Assembly (NCBI GenBank): GCA_027482685.1 | Contig: JAIXVU010000008.1 | Location: forward strand, 4,652-68,651 | Length of the DNA: 64,000 nucleotides | Origin: a bacterium | GTDB lineage: Bacteria; Patescibacteriota; Minisyncoccia; Phycocordibacterales; UBA5272 | Direction of reading: 5' to 3' | In this document: piece by piece, positions 12,940 to 22,851 of the stretch | How positions within the stretch are numbered: position 1 is the first letter of the stretch | Layout of the letters: each line of letters opens with the position of its first letter | The notes under the pieces: model-generated | Seen by the model: the letters and a program-made list of their open reading frames with translations, nothing else | Database searches by the model: none | Told to the model about the DNA's origin: nothing | Position numbers and translations under genes: made by a program

Positions 12940-13566
12940 CTACAGATTCTTTAAGTCTTGCTTTGCGAAACTGCCATCTTCTTCAGTTTTCGGCATTGGT
13001 TTATAAAAATGAAACAACACCCATAAACCAAACAATGATGTACATACAAGAATAATAAACTTAAAGTATATCCAACCACCTTCTGTCAAAACACGCCGCG
13101 CAACTTCATTTGAAAGTGCTATAGTGATTAAAAATACTATCCATGCACGAGTAATACTAACCCAAGCGCTATCAGGCATCTTAATGCTATGGCTAAACGC
13201 AGACTTCAAAAATAACTTACCGTGTACATATCCCCATGCAAGAGTAATGGCAAGCACAAGATCATACACCGTATCACGTATTTGGATATATTGGGGGTGA
13301 TGAAAGTATAAAGTCGACGCTCCAAAAATAAGGGTAATAAACGAAATGTAAAAGGAAAAATATGGTATTCTTTTTTCTACAATAATTGCAAAAAGCGATG
13401 TAAGCACTGTTGCAACCATAAACCATGAAGTTGCGGTATAAAAGTCACTAAGCTCAAATGCAATAATAAATACTAACGGTGGACTAAAGTCTAGAAGAGA
13501 ACCAGTAAGTAACTTAAAGAGTATTCTTTTTTCAAGGAGAGGATGCGCTTTGTTAAAAATGCTCAT
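12940..13566 (-). CDS. YciB/IspZ-family membrane protein
   Basis: LLDFSPPLVF...DFYTAT...IFGASTL...W...NEVARR...WIYFK pattern. Confidence 0.75.
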   Translation of the reverse strand: MSIFNKAHPLLEKRILFKLLTGSLLDFSPPLVFIIAFELSDFYTATSWFMVATVLTSLFAIIVEKRIPYFSFYISFITLIFGASTLYFHHPQYIQIRDTVYDLVLAITLAWGYVHGKLFLKSAFSHSIKMPDSAWVSITRAWIVFLITIALSNEVARRVLTEGGWIYFKFIILVCTSLFGLWVLFHFYKPMPKTEEDGSFAKQDLKNL

Positions 13567-13598
13567 GATATACTAAAGAGTATACTATTATTAATTTT

Positions 13599-14345
13599 AT
13601 GCAACGTATGAGCCGTCTATCACATCAACTAAAAAACCTTTTTAATCACATTAAACACCCTCATCTTACAACTCCAGCTGCAGTTCTCCTCGGCGCTTTT
13701 ATTATTGGAGCAAGTATTATTGGATATGGATTTATTATGCGCGATACTGGCGCAAAAGAATCTAGTACAATGTTTACGGGAAGATCTATTGATGAAAAAG
13801 AAATACTGGAAGGAAAAGCAAAAAGCAAAGTTTTTGTTGTAGAGTACTCTGACCCAGAATGTCCATTCTGCGTAACGGTTCATCCAACACTTAAGCAATT
13901 ACGTAATGAATATGCTGATAAAATAACATTTGTTTATAGACACTACCCTCTGACACAGATTCACCCACGTGCATTTGATGAATCAAAAGCAATAGAATGC
14001 GCTAATACTCTTGGTGGTAACAAAAAGGCATTTGAATACATCGACGCTCTCTACGGTTATAAATCTAATCAGCAAACTACACAATTAGCCGCTAACGGAA
14101 AAGAAGACATAGCTAAGAATGTCGGTCTCGAGATGTCTGCGTTTACTGCATGTATGAATAGTCAGGCAACATCTGATACCATAAATGCAAGTATTAATGA
14201 TGGTATCGTTGCAGGGGTAACGGGAACACCGTCAACCTTTATCCTCGTAAAAACTCGTAAAGGTTACGAGGTGGTAAGCATGGTAGATGGAGCACGTCCA
14301 GCTGCATACTTCAAAGCAGCAATCGAAGAAGCCCTATCCCGATAA
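13599..14345 (+). CDS. Membrane-anchored DsbA-family thioredoxin-fold protein
   Basis: EYSDPECPFC, YRHYPL and GVTGTPSTF. Confidence 0.9.
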   Translation: MQRMSRLSHQLKNLFNHIKHPHLTTPAAVLLGAFIIGASIIGYGFIMRDTGAKESSTMFTGRSIDEKEILEGKAKSKVFVVEYSDPECPFCVTVHPTLKQLRNEYADKITFVYRHYPLTQIHPRAFDESKAIECANTLGGNKKAFEYIDALYGYKSNQQTTQLAANGKEDIAKNVGLEMSAFTACMNSQATSDTINASINDGIVAGVTGTPSTFILVKTRKGYEVVSMVDGARPAAYFKAAIEEALSR

Positions 14346-14375
14346 ACCTAGAATTATTCTACGTTTTAGAATTAG

Positions 14376-14416
14376 AAAAATACACAGGGCGGCCTTCGGC
14401 CGCCCTGTGTATTTTT
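14376..14416. terminator. Bidirectional terminator-like hairpin (GNA-triloop family)
   Basis: aaaaatacacagggcggcc-ttc-ggccgccctgtgtattttt between convergent genes. Confidence 0.8.
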
Positions 14417-14432
14417 TATTACCCCCCCTTCC

Positions 14433-15209
14433 CTACTTCACCTGGAAACTTGCTCGTACAATTGCAGTAACTTTTTTCTCAATAGTTGATGTGTCATAAC
14501 TTCCATAATCACTCACATCAGTACTGTTCTTTTGCGTAATCTGAAATATTCCTTGAGACGCATTAGTTACCCCACCTATACGACCTCCGGTAGATTTTGC
14601 AATAGCTTCTGCTCGTTCTTTTGCATTCTTCCCAGCTTCTTCTAATAATTCTACACGCAAACTAGCAAGATCTGTGTATAAGAAATCAACTGAATTTGTC
14701 TGCACCTGTGCACCAATAGTACTAAGATCATTAGGCGCGTTAAGAGCAAGCTCTCTGATCTTCTCTACATCACCTGATTCTATCAATATCATTTGACTTA
14801 GAGAGTATGTATAAAAACCTGAACATTGCTGACGACCAGAATTATCATAACTTACCTGATTTTGGGTCTGACAGACCACGGATGATGTAATTGGTTGTAT
14901 TGTTATTTCGTTTTCTTCTACCCCTTTAGATACTAAGTACTTACGTACAGCTATTGATATGGCGCTTAGTTGCTTAGACACAGGAGCATACTCAGTCTGA
15001 CTTGCGTTTTTTGTAACAGATAAAGTCCACTTTGCTCTATCGCTTTCTACGACTCTTTCAGCTGTTCCTGTCACACTAATAGTATCCCCACCTCGCAAGC
15101 TTCCTAATCCGTTAGCAAGCACAAAAGAGCTTGCTACCCACGCAACACTTATACATAGCCCAAAAATGACAATGTTATTCTTTACAGCAGTTGTTATGTT
15201 ATCTATCAT
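14433..15209 (-). CDS. SIMPL (DUF541) domain protein
   Basis: TISVTGTAERVVESD and C-terminal DYGSYDTSTIEKKVTAIVRASF. Confidence 0.85.
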   Translation of the reverse strand: MIDNITTAVKNNIVIFGLCISVAWVASSFVLANGLGSLRGGDTISVTGTAERVVESDRAKWTLSVTKNASQTEYAPVSKQLSAISIAVRKYLVSKGVEENEITIQPITSSVVCQTQNQVSYDNSGRQQCSGFYTYSLSQMILIESGDVEKIRELALNAPNDLSTIGAQVQTNSVDFLYTDLASLRVELLEEAGKNAKERAEAIAKSTGGRIGGVTNASQGIFQITQKNSTDVSDYGSYDTSTIEKKVTAIVRASFQVK

Positions 15210-15432
15210 ACGATAATCTTCTAGTTACTAATATCTATAGAATACTCCTAGCTATATACTTTTACACGTTCGGCTGTACACATATTTACAAAAGAAACAC
15301 TATGTTGTAGAATTCTAACGTGCGTAGTAACGGGTATACACCGATAACCTACACACAACAAGAGGGGTGGTAATGGTCGCAAAAAACCATAACACCTCAT
15401 TTTTCAATCCTCAAAGCATGAGGAGAAGAGTA

Positions 15433-15771
15433 ATGACTCAAGAAGTTCAAGCTGTCGCATCAACGCGAATCACAGGATCGGAAGCAGGAGACGTGATTGC
15501 GCTGAGTACCGAACGGCCAATTGGTATCTCCTTTCCAATCAAGCGTTGTGGCAACAACACCACAATTACCTACAAGAACATTGAAGCTTACCGAGTAAGT
15601 GTCATCATCCCATCTGATGGGATGATGACAGTAACCATTGATCAAAGGCGTTTGCAGCCTTACAGCTGGCAATGCCAAGCCAAATTTCTGAAGTGGCTTG
15701 CCAATGCCAAGGGCTGTCAGAAAAATGGAGGGGTCTATGGTCATCCCGACTGCGAGTTCGTAAAGATCTAA
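15433..15771 (+). CDS. Hypothetical orphan protein
   Basis: ORF with AGGAG SD at 15421 and a downstream terminator; no recognisable motif. Confidence 0.55.
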   Translation: MTQEVQAVASTRITGSEAGDVIALSTERPIGISFPIKRCGNNTTITYKNIEAYRVSVIIPSDGMMTVTIDQRRLQPYSWQCQAKFLKWLANAKGCQKNGGVYGHPDCEFVKI

Positions 15772-15855
15772 GTCGAGCTGACTCTAGTCAGATGAACACG
15801 GGGCACACAAACCCCAGAAGCTTCTTCGTTCAGAACTGAGTTCTAGACGAGGAAC

Positions 15856-15881
15856 GAAGGTGAGCTTGCGCTCACCTTTTT
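15856..15881 (+). terminator. Intrinsic terminator
   Basis: aaggtgagc-ttgc-gctcacctt followed by a T tract. Confidence 0.75.
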
Positions 15882-15908
15882 CTTTTGTCTAATTTTTATA
15901 TTCTACAT

Positions 15909-16364
15909 TTACTTCACATCCACTTTTACTTCCTCTGCATGAGATTTTACATTAACCTCTTCGTATATTTTCGCAATCTTACCTTGTTCGTCGATAAGAA
16001 AACTGGTGCGAGCTATTCCCATATACTCTCTCCCCATGAACTTTTTCTTTTGCCAGACGCCGTAGGCTTCACATACTTTCTTATCAACATCGGACAAAAT
16101 CGGAAAAGGTAACTCATATTTATCAGCAAACTTCTTATGGCTCTTTACATTATCTGCGCTTACCCCTAATATCACTAGTCCCATTTTCTGAAACTCATCA
16201 TGCCCATCACGAAAAGTACACGCTTCGGTAGTGCATCCTGGGGTATCGTCTTTTGGATAAAAATAGAGAAGTACTTTCTTTCCTTTATACATAGCAAGAC
16301 TGTGCTCGTTACCATCTTGATCTTGTAGTACAAAATCTGGTGCTTTTTCCTGTAATTTCATCAT
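15909..16364 (-). CDS. bcp: Peroxiredoxin Bcp/PrxQ
   Basis: YFYPKDDTPGCTTEAC. Confidence 0.95.
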   Translation of the reverse strand: MMKLQEKAPDFVLQDQDGNEHSLAMYKGKKVLLYFYPKDDTPGCTTEACTFRDGHDEFQKMGLVILGVSADNVKSHKKFADKYELPFPILSDVDKKVCEAYGVWQKKKFMGREYMGIARTSFLIDEQGKIAKIYEEVNVKSHAEEVKVDVK

Positions 16365-16380
16365 AGATTATAGTATAGCA

Positions 16381-17577
16381 TCATGCATGACTATGTGTAT
16401 GATGATGTGTGTGTGATGATGTTTCAGTAGTATCAAATTGCTTTCCCTTCATCAACAGTATAGCAATAAGTGTTGTCAGTGGGACAGCGCATAGTATGCC
16501 TATAGAACCCACAACTGCACGCACTATCTCAGTTGCTACACCCTCCCTGTTAATGAGCTCAAGAATAGGTGTCGTACTCGTATAGAGTAACAGCACAAGA
16601 GGAAGAGATGCACCAGTGTACGCAAGTATGAGCGTATTAATAACCGCACCGACATGATCTTTGCCTATTTTGATAGCTTTTGAATATACTTGTCCGAACG
16701 ACAATGACCCATTCATGCGAAGTATCTCTTGTACAACAGAGGCTTGCGTAATAGACGCGTCATCAATAACACCAATTACTCCAATAATAATCCCTCCGAT
16801 GAGGAGTGCGACAAAATCTAAGTTCCCTTGTGTTGCGATATTAAGGTAGACACTTTCCTCTTCTGAAAAACCAGTGAGGTTAGTTACCCATACTGCATAC
16901 TTTGCAAGAAGTACCGTGATAATAACTGCAATAGAACACCCGAGAAACGAAGCGGTTGTCATTCTGGTAAATCCATGCGTAAGGTACATCACCACAAAAA
17001 GAGACAGGAGTGCTCCTAATGTAGAAATAACAATAACATTACCGCCAGTTAAAAGCTCTGGAAAGAGAAACTTAAAAATTACCCCAAACGAAATAAAAAG
17101 CGCAATAAGTGCTAGAAATCCTTGCTTACCTCCTAACAATACCACTGCCACAATGAACACTACTAAAAGAAATATAAGTGCTGGTATTCTGTACGGTTCT
17201 TGAATAGAATAATACATCATGCCATTTGTGTATAAGTATTTTACGTAGACTTTATCGCCAACTTCAAGAGCAAATGCGGCGTCTTCTACTGTAATCTCTG
17301 TCCCTTTTTTTTCTTCACCTTGTAAAAACCTCACTTGTACTGTTTGGTATGTTGCCTTAGTGTTAGTGTTTGGCACTTCACGTACCTCTTTACTAAGAAT
17401 TTGTACAACTTCTCCTAAATACGTCCCCTCTCGTTCCTCATTACCATTCACTACGACTTTTACCGTTGATGTTGATATTCCACGGATGGTATCCAACGCG
17501 TGGGAAGGTACACCACCTACAAATGTGCTAAGTGCGACTACAAAAAACAGAGCAAGTCCTAGGCGCAATTTTTGCAT
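16381..17577 (-). CDS. YibE/F-family membrane protein with His-rich tail
   Basis: GVIDDASITQAS, IGKDHVGAVINTLILAYTGASLP; C-terminus SHTHHHTHSHA. Confidence 0.88.
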   Translation of the reverse strand: MQKLRLGLALFFVVALSTFVGGVPSHALDTIRGISTSTVKVVVNGNEEREGTYLGEVVQILSKEVREVPNTNTKATYQTVQVRFLQGEEKKGTEITVEDAAFALEVGDKVYVKYLYTNGMMYYSIQEPYRIPALIFLLVVFIVAVVLLGGKQGFLALIALFISFGVIFKFLFPELLTGGNVIVISTLGALLSLFVVMYLTHGFTRMTTASFLGCSIAVIITVLLAKYAVWVTNLTGFSEEESVYLNIATQGNLDFVALLIGGIIIGVIGVIDDASITQASVVQEILRMNGSLSFGQVYSKAIKIGKDHVGAVINTLILAYTGASLPLVLLLYTSTTPILELINREGVATEIVRAVVGSIGILCAVPLTTLIAILLMKGKQFDTTETSSHTHHHTHSHA

Positions 17578-17987
17578 AGTCCGTATATCTCCATTGAGTG
17601 CGTTGTTGTTTGTTTAAATTTTTTTGACTTTTTAAGCATTTTCTTAACAGTATCGTCAATCGAAATACCTTCAATTTTTTCAATAGTCTCACAGTTACTA
17701 CACACTAGCTGATGTGAAGCGCGCCCGGTTTCAAGTTCGTAATGTGCGTGTCCATGGTTAAAATCTAGTCTACGAAGTAATCCAGCTTCATGTAATGAAG
17801 CGAGATTTCGGTATACTGTTGCTTGATCAATGTTATCTTTCTTGCGAAGCGCATCCACGAGCTCATATACGGTTACAGGATTCTTAACTTTTGAAAGATA
17901 TCCAAGTACGGCCAGTCTGTGCCCTGTAACACGAAGTCCTGCTTCTTGTACCATTCCAGTCAATTCTTCTTGTGTGTAGGATGCCAT
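17559..17987 (-). CDS. Fur-family metal-dependent regulator (Zur-like)
   Basis: ATVYRNL helix, HQLVCSNC and YGLCKNC. Confidence 0.92.
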   Translation of the reverse strand: MASYTQEELTGMVQEAGLRVTGHRLAVLGYLSKVKNPVTVYELVDALRKKDNIDQATVYRNLASLHEAGLLRRLDFNHGHAHYELETGRASHQLVCSNCETIEKIEGISIDDTVKKMLKKSKKFKQTTTHSMEIYGLCKNCA

Positions 17988-18019
17988 ATGAATACCATTA
18001 TATCATATACCAATATGCC

Positions 18020-18034
18020 TGCGAAGCATTTGCA
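18020..18034. promoter_or_regulatory. Putative Fur-family box 1
   Basis: TGCGA-agcat-TTGCA upstream of the regulator gene. Confidence 0.55.
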
Positions 18035-18079
18035 AAAATTAAAAATATTTAACAAGAATAGCATTATCTATCCAGTATT

Positions 18080-18098
18080 AATGCAAATAACTTGCATT
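18080..18098. promoter_or_regulatory. Putative Fur-family box 2
   Basis: AATGCAA-ataac-TTGCATT palindrome upstream of the ZIP gene. Confidence 0.7.
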
Positions 18099-18154
18099 TT
18101 ATAAAATCATACATTATAGTATACTTATCCTTCAACCACCTACGAGATAACGAT

Positions 18155-18853
18155 ATGACATCATCTCTAATTCTACTCATTATTAGTACAAGTGCACTCC
18201 CTTTACTATCTATAACTGCAGTAGTGCTTCGCCGTAACCTACTAGAAGGAAAATGGAAGCTGGTCTTTCTTGTACTTGGGTTAGCGCTTCTAATGTTCAG
18301 TGTTATAAGCGCATTTCACGACCACGGTGAAGAGCTTGGGCTTTCTGATATTGTAACAGGTGTGGTAACTGCGTTACTAACTTTTCTTATTCTTTCTCGA
18401 TTCAGTCATAAGCACAAACATGAAAAAGAGCTAGAAGGCGCAAAAGGTATTGTCATAAGTGAAGCATTCCACTCGCTTATTGACGGAGCTCTCATCGGAG
18501 CAACATTTCTGATAAGTCCAGTAGTTGGAAGTGCGGTAGCATTAGGGATACTTGTTCATGAATTACCAAAAATAATAGGCACACTAACTGTTCTTAGATC
18601 ACTTGGACTATCTACTAAGAAAACAATTCTCTACGGCACACTGGCACAAATCGGTGTCCCTATCGCCGCTCTGTTTGTATACCTACTCGGTAAAGAAATT
18701 AACCCTGAGCAATTTCACACACTTGAGATAGCGAGTATCTCATCTCTTGGAGCAATTGTACTTTGGATAATTTACCTTGAGATTAGATTCCATCGAAAGC
18801 ACGATCACAAACACAGTGAACGTGACGATAACGGAACAGCACATTCGCATTAA
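18155..18853 (+). CDS. ZIP-family divalent metal transporter
   Basis: EAFHSLIDG and ILVHELP motifs; His-rich loop and tail. Confidence 0.88.
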   Translation: MTSSLILLIISTSALPLLSITAVVLRRNLLEGKWKLVFLVLGLALLMFSVISAFHDHGEELGLSDIVTGVVTALLTFLILSRFSHKHKHEKELEGAKGIVISEAFHSLIDGALIGATFLISPVVGSAVALGILVHELPKIIGTLTVLRSLGLSTKKTILYGTLAQIGVPIAALFVYLLGKEINPEQFHTLEIASISSLGAIVLWIIYLEIRFHRKHDHKHSERDDNGTAHSH

Positions 18854-18858
18854 GTTGC

Positions 18859-18885
18859 AAGCGGGCAAAATCACGCCCGCTTTTT
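18859..18885 (+). terminator. Intrinsic terminator
   Basis: aagcgggc-aaaatcac-gcccgcttttt. Confidence 0.75.
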
Positions 18886-18908
18886 ATATGCGAATAACTT
18901 GCATATAA
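18884..18908. promoter_or_regulatory. Putative Fur-family box 3
   Basis: TTATATGCGA-ataac-TTGCATATAA upstream of the CooC-like gene. Confidence 0.7.
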
Positions 18909-18933
18909 TTTATTTTTAAGCTAAGATATAGCT

Positions 18934-19770
18934 ATGAAAATTGCATTTGTAGGAAAAGGCGGTAGCGGGAAAAGCTCCGTATCATGGCTCGCTGTTAAAA
19001 CCCTAGAAGATATGGGTATTTCTACCCTTGCGATTGATGCTGACCATAACATGGACTTAACCAGCAACCTCGGGCTCGATCCAGAAAAGACGCCGCTCAT
19101 GCATAAGACTGAACGTGAGTTTATGGAAGCCGTTGGCCTTGGAGAGAACGATAGATTAGTAACACTTACAACAAAAGAGGGTTCACTACCTGAGTTTTCC
19201 TTTAACCCAAAAGATAGTTATACAGCCTCCATTACTACATCAATAAGTAAAACAGTAGACCTTATCAATATTGGCCTTGGAAGTCCAGATGTCCTATATA
19301 CAACAAAGTGCGCTCATGCTCTGTCTGGGCCGCTTAAATTCTATCTTGGTTTACTCAATGCAAAAGATGATGTTGTTATTATCGATAGTGTAGCAGGAAC
19401 AGACATGATGAATTATGGTTTGTATGCTGGTATTGATGCGGTGATAGGAGTAGTTGAACCTCATCGCAATAGTGTCAAGGTGTTCGAACAAATAGCTGAC
19501 CTCTGCAGAAAAGTAGATATCCCTTTCTTTGGGGTCATCAACAAGCCTACAGATAATGAGTTTTATCAAGGAGTAAAGGAAAAGTATGGTAAAAAAATAA
19601 TCGGAGAGATTCCATTTGATTCAGCTATCATGGAATATAACTTCACCAAACTTTCAACAGAAACCAAAGGGGCCATGAAAGCTGTGATGGAAAAACTCCA
19701 AGCATTACCAAAAAGAAATGGTCTTTCGAGCATTTACAAATTTCAACATTCTATCAAAGAAAATATTTAA
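18934..19770 (+). CDS. CooC-like (MinD/ParA class) P-loop ATPase
   Basis: MKIAFVGKGGSGKS, AIDAD, KCAH, IIDSVAG and VVEP. Confidence 0.8.
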   Translation: MKIAFVGKGGSGKSSVSWLAVKTLEDMGISTLAIDADHNMDLTSNLGLDPEKTPLMHKTEREFMEAVGLGENDRLVTLTTKEGSLPEFSFNPKDSYTASITTSISKTVDLINIGLGSPDVLYTTKCAHALSGPLKFYLGLLNAKDDVVIIDSVAGTDMMNYGLYAGIDAVIGVVEPHRNSVKVFEQIADLCRKVDIPFFGVINKPTDNEFYQGVKEKYGKKIIGEIPFDSAIMEYNFTKLSTETKGAMKAVMEKLQALPKRNGLSSIYKFQHSIKENI

Positions 19771-19860
19771 TTTGCGTTGGCAACTATGTGCGGAGTATTT
19801 CCTCATATGGTTGCCAACGGAAGTTGGCACTTGCTCTTTCAACCAACTGGAGAAACAACC

Positions 19861-20433
19861 ATGTGCGGAATCGTACACCGTCCCACTCGTCGGAAGGATC
19901 TCGATCCGTCCACGTTCCCCAAGCTCTCAGTGTCTGCTGTGAGCAAGATCGTAGCCGCCTGTGAAGATGTCCATATCCCACATCTGGCGACTGCGCTTGT
20001 CCTTCACTTTGCCAATCACATGGCAGGCAAGAAGTGCTTCACGCTGGAAGTGATCCCGTTTGCTCTCTACGAGGGTGATAAGCGGATTATCTCGCGTGAG
20101 AGCGTGGAGTCCGAGGCTGCGGTGATACATCTAGCCATGGCCAGCACTGTCCGCCGCACCATCAACGCAGAACTGGCTGAGGTGGGGCTTGTCTTCGAGC
20201 TTGGTCACTGCTGTGATATTCAGATGTGGGAGCTCACTCGTGAAGAGGAGGCGGCCACGATGTCTCATGACTGGAACATCTGGCGTGCTGATAAGCTCCG
20301 CATGCTGACGAAAGATGCGGAAGAGATCGTTTCGTCGGAGGAGTTCATCTCCATTGCCGGCAATTTCAACCGAGATCTGATCAGCACGATGATCTCACTC
20401 GCCAGTGAGCAGCTGACACATGTCGACCACTGA
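19861..20433 (+). CDS. Hypothetical orphan protein
   Basis: ORF with higher GC than its neighbours; GGAG SD before ATG 19861; upstream in-frame starts also exist. Confidence 0.6.
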   Translation: MCGIVHRPTRRKDLDPSTFPKLSVSAVSKIVAACEDVHIPHLATALVLHFANHMAGKKCFTLEVIPFALYEGDKRIISRESVESEAAVIHLAMASTVRRTINAELAEVGLVFELGHCCDIQMWELTREEEAATMSHDWNIWRADKLRMLTKDAEEIVSSEEFISIAGNFNRDLISTMISLASEQLTHVDH

Positions 20434-20791
20434 TAAGTCATTCAGTGCTTTTCTGGCTGAGAATGCAGGCCATTTCCTTGAGCTTTGTCTTTTGGAAGGG
20501 TTTGTGTTCTCGGTGAGAAAAAGTGCTCACCGTATTACAATACGCTGTGCTCTTCCAAGCGGGATTGTCCGATTCGTCATCTTTGACGATCATCGGGTAG
20601 CAAGCCCCCACGGTGGCAAGCCACATGTGTGCAATCAGTGGTACAAAGCAGTTGGTGATCCTCTTTCGTTTACGATGGGGGAAGAAGTCAACGATGCTTC
20701 ACGACTTCAAAGTGTGCTACGAGCAACCGCTGTCATGTGTCTCACACAAAGCGAGGCATACAACGACATGAAAGCTCGTATCTTCCCTTAA
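20420..20791 (+). CDS. Hypothetical orphan protein
   Basis: Overlaps the end of the previous ORF; followed by a terminator. Confidence 0.55.
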   Translation: MSTTDKSFSAFLAENAGHFLELCLLEGFVFSVRKSAHRITIRCALPSGIVRFVIFDDHRVASPHGGKPHVCNQWYKAVGDPLSFTMGEEVNDASRLQSVLRATAVMCLTQSEAYNDMKARIFP

Positions 20792-20808
20792 CCAAGGGTT
20801 TCATTCCG

Positions 20809-20838
20809 AAAGGCGTCCTCGAGACGCCTTTTCTTTTT
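20809..20838 (+). terminator. Intrinsic terminator
   Basis: aaaggcgtc-ctcga-gacgcctttt followed by a T tract. Confidence 0.7.
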
Positions 20839-21086
20839 CTTTATATTTGATAGTATTATACTCACTTGGCAATCAAGCCAAGAGGAGAATGCTTTGCCGA
20901 GTTCTCGAAACCAAAAGTACACAGTACCTCGGTGCACTCGCAAGAAGTACGAAAGAGATCGTGCAACACCAGCGCTCAATGAGCAGATGGCAAAGACCAT
21001 CATCATCGGCCGTGGGAGGCAAACCAACAACTAAGGTCTCATTCTTAAACTCAAAGATCGCTACATGCGATCTTTTGTCTTTCAAG

Positions 21087-22136
21087 TTAAACAATAATTC
21101 CCCCGCCAATGCAGAGATTATCATCATAGACAACAAGTGACTGCCCGCTTGTTGCGGTGAGTGACCCTTCAATAACTTTTACATGTGTGTCATCAATATA
21201 CTCTACAGTAGCAAGTGGGGCGCGATATCTAGCGCGTGCAGTGTACCTTCTACCGATTTCGAGAGGTTTTGTCCAGTTTACTTTATCTAAGACGATAACA
21301 TCCCCTGTTTTTTCTGCTGGTTGCGCATGTGATACTACTAGAATATTTTTCTCAATATCTTTTGCAATAATAAAATATGGTGTATCTTCTGTAGATTTTT
21401 TGGTAACAACAAAACCATGTCTTTCACCAAGAGTATAAAATGTTACACCTTCATGGTGTCCGATAACTTCTCCTTGCTCATTACACACATCACCCTTCTT
21501 TTCTTCAATATACTCTTTAAGTAATGTTTTGATATCTATTGTGCCTACGAAACATAATCCTTGACTGTCTTTCTTCTTTGCAACCGGCAACCCTGCTTGC
21601 AAAGCTATTGCACGGACCTCTGCTTTTTGTAATTCACCAACGGGAAATATGACCGACGAAAGAATGTCAGGTGAAAGCGTCCAAAGAAAATACGTCTGAT
21701 CTTTTTCTTGGTCTATGCTTTTTGCAAGAGAAAAAGTACTCTGTCGTTCTTCTATGCGAGCATAATGCCCTGTTGCAACAAACACATCTTTGTCTTGTTC
21801 TTTTGCCCATTTGTAAAATGCACCGAACTTCACCTCACGATTACACATAACATCTGGATTTGGTGTTCTACCACGTCTATACTCTTCTATCATGTAATCG
21901 ATCACCCCTTCTTTATATTCCTTTTCAAGATCAAGTGTGATGAATGGAATATCTAAATGGCTAGCAACTCGCATTGCGTCTAGCCTGTCTTCTTTCCAGG
22001 TACATTCTATAAAATCAGGCTGCCAAACTTTAATAAAAACTCCAGTTACATTATATCCAGTTTTTTTGAGTAAGTACGCAGAAACTGACGAATCTACTCC
22101 ACCAGAAAGCCCGACAAAAACTTTTTTCTTTAACAT
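21087..22136 (-). CDS. mnmA: tRNA 2-thiouridylase MnmA
   Basis: SGGVDSSV, TPNPDVMCN, ATGHYA, KDQTYFL and DSQGLCF; start set to ATG 22136. Confidence 0.96.
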   Translation of the reverse strand: MLKKKVFVGLSGGVDSSVSAYLLKKTGYNVTGVFIKVWQPDFIECTWKEDRLDAMRVASHLDIPFITLDLEKEYKEGVIDYMIEEYRRGRTPNPDVMCNREVKFGAFYKWAKEQDKDVFVATGHYARIEERQSTFSLAKSIDQEKDQTYFLWTLSPDILSSVIFPVGELQKAEVRAIALQAGLPVAKKKDSQGLCFVGTIDIKTLLKEYIEEKKGDVCNEQGEVIGHHEGVTFYTLGERHGFVVTKKSTEDTPYFIIAKDIEKNILVVSHAQPAEKTGDVIVLDKVNWTKPLEIGRRYTARARYRAPLATVEYIDDTHVKVIEGSLTATSGQSLVVYDDNLCIGGGIIV

Positions 22137-22259
22137 ATTTATAAGTATTACTCTACCACGTAAGTGCATAGCATGGCTAGACATATGTTGCAAAGTGGTT
22201 TATTATACAGGCGGACCCATAAGGGATTCGTACATCTTGTACGCAACTAGGAGATACTC

Positions 22260-22601
22260 ATGATTCTCCGTATCGCAGCACTTTGCTTGCTGGCTTCTCT
22301 CCCTGTCTTATCTCAGGCTCAACTCCATGGACACCGTCACCATGGCAATCATGGTGGGGTAGATGTGTACATCACGTTTGGTGCTCCTGTATGGCAGCCT
22401 CGCATATGGGCACCACCAACTGTAGTGTATATACAGCCACCTCCTCCGCAAGCTTTCTACCGAGATGTGAGGTATCTCGCACCTCCGTCTATATATTACA
22501 GGCAGGTACCTGTGTATCAGCTAGCCCCTCCTTTTTGTCGTACAGTGGTCTACTACTGGATCGACAATATGGGGCAAGGGTGGCAAACCTGTTACCACTG
22601 A
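22260..22601 (+). CDS. Secreted His/Pro/Tyr-rich small protein
   Basis: AGGAG SD, signal peptide, HGHRHHGNHGG and PPTVVYIQPPPP. Confidence 0.65.
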   Translation: MILRIAALCLLASLPVLSQAQLHGHRHHGNHGGVDVYITFGAPVWQPRIWAPPTVVYIQPPPPQAFYRDVRYLAPPSIYYRQVPVYQLAPPFCRTVVYYWIDNMGQGWQTCYH

Positions 22602-22613
22602 AGGAGGAAGGTC

Positions 22614-22781
22614 ATGAGCTCTCAAAGTTCTGTGAACAGACTTCCGATGAAACTCTCACCACGAAAAAGTATCTTCATCAGGTTCTTAGCACTTGTATGG
22701 GATGACGATGAATCATCCGCTGGACAGATCTACAACGACCTTATCTATCGTCTCCAAAATCCGTTCAACATTCTGAAATAA
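22614..22781 (+). CDS. Small hypothetical protein (55 aa, not in the ORF track)
   Basis: AGGAGG SD at 22602; MSSQSSVNRLPMKLSPRKSIFIRFLALVWDDDESSAGQIYNDLIYRLQNPFNILK. Confidence 0.5.
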   Translation: MSSQSSVNRLPMKLSPRKSIFIRFLALVWDDDESSAGQIYNDLIYRLQNPFNILK

Positions 22782-22851
22782 AGATGTATAGAAGAACTGC
22801 TTGGCGCTACGTTTGTAGTGCCTTTGTTTTTATCTAGAACCTTCTAAAAAA

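Noticed and set aside
20847-21140. 97-aa ORF convergent with mnmA
   Set aside because: Overlaps the mnmA 3' end by 54 nt and has no motif; an SD-like GAGGAG exists but support is too weak
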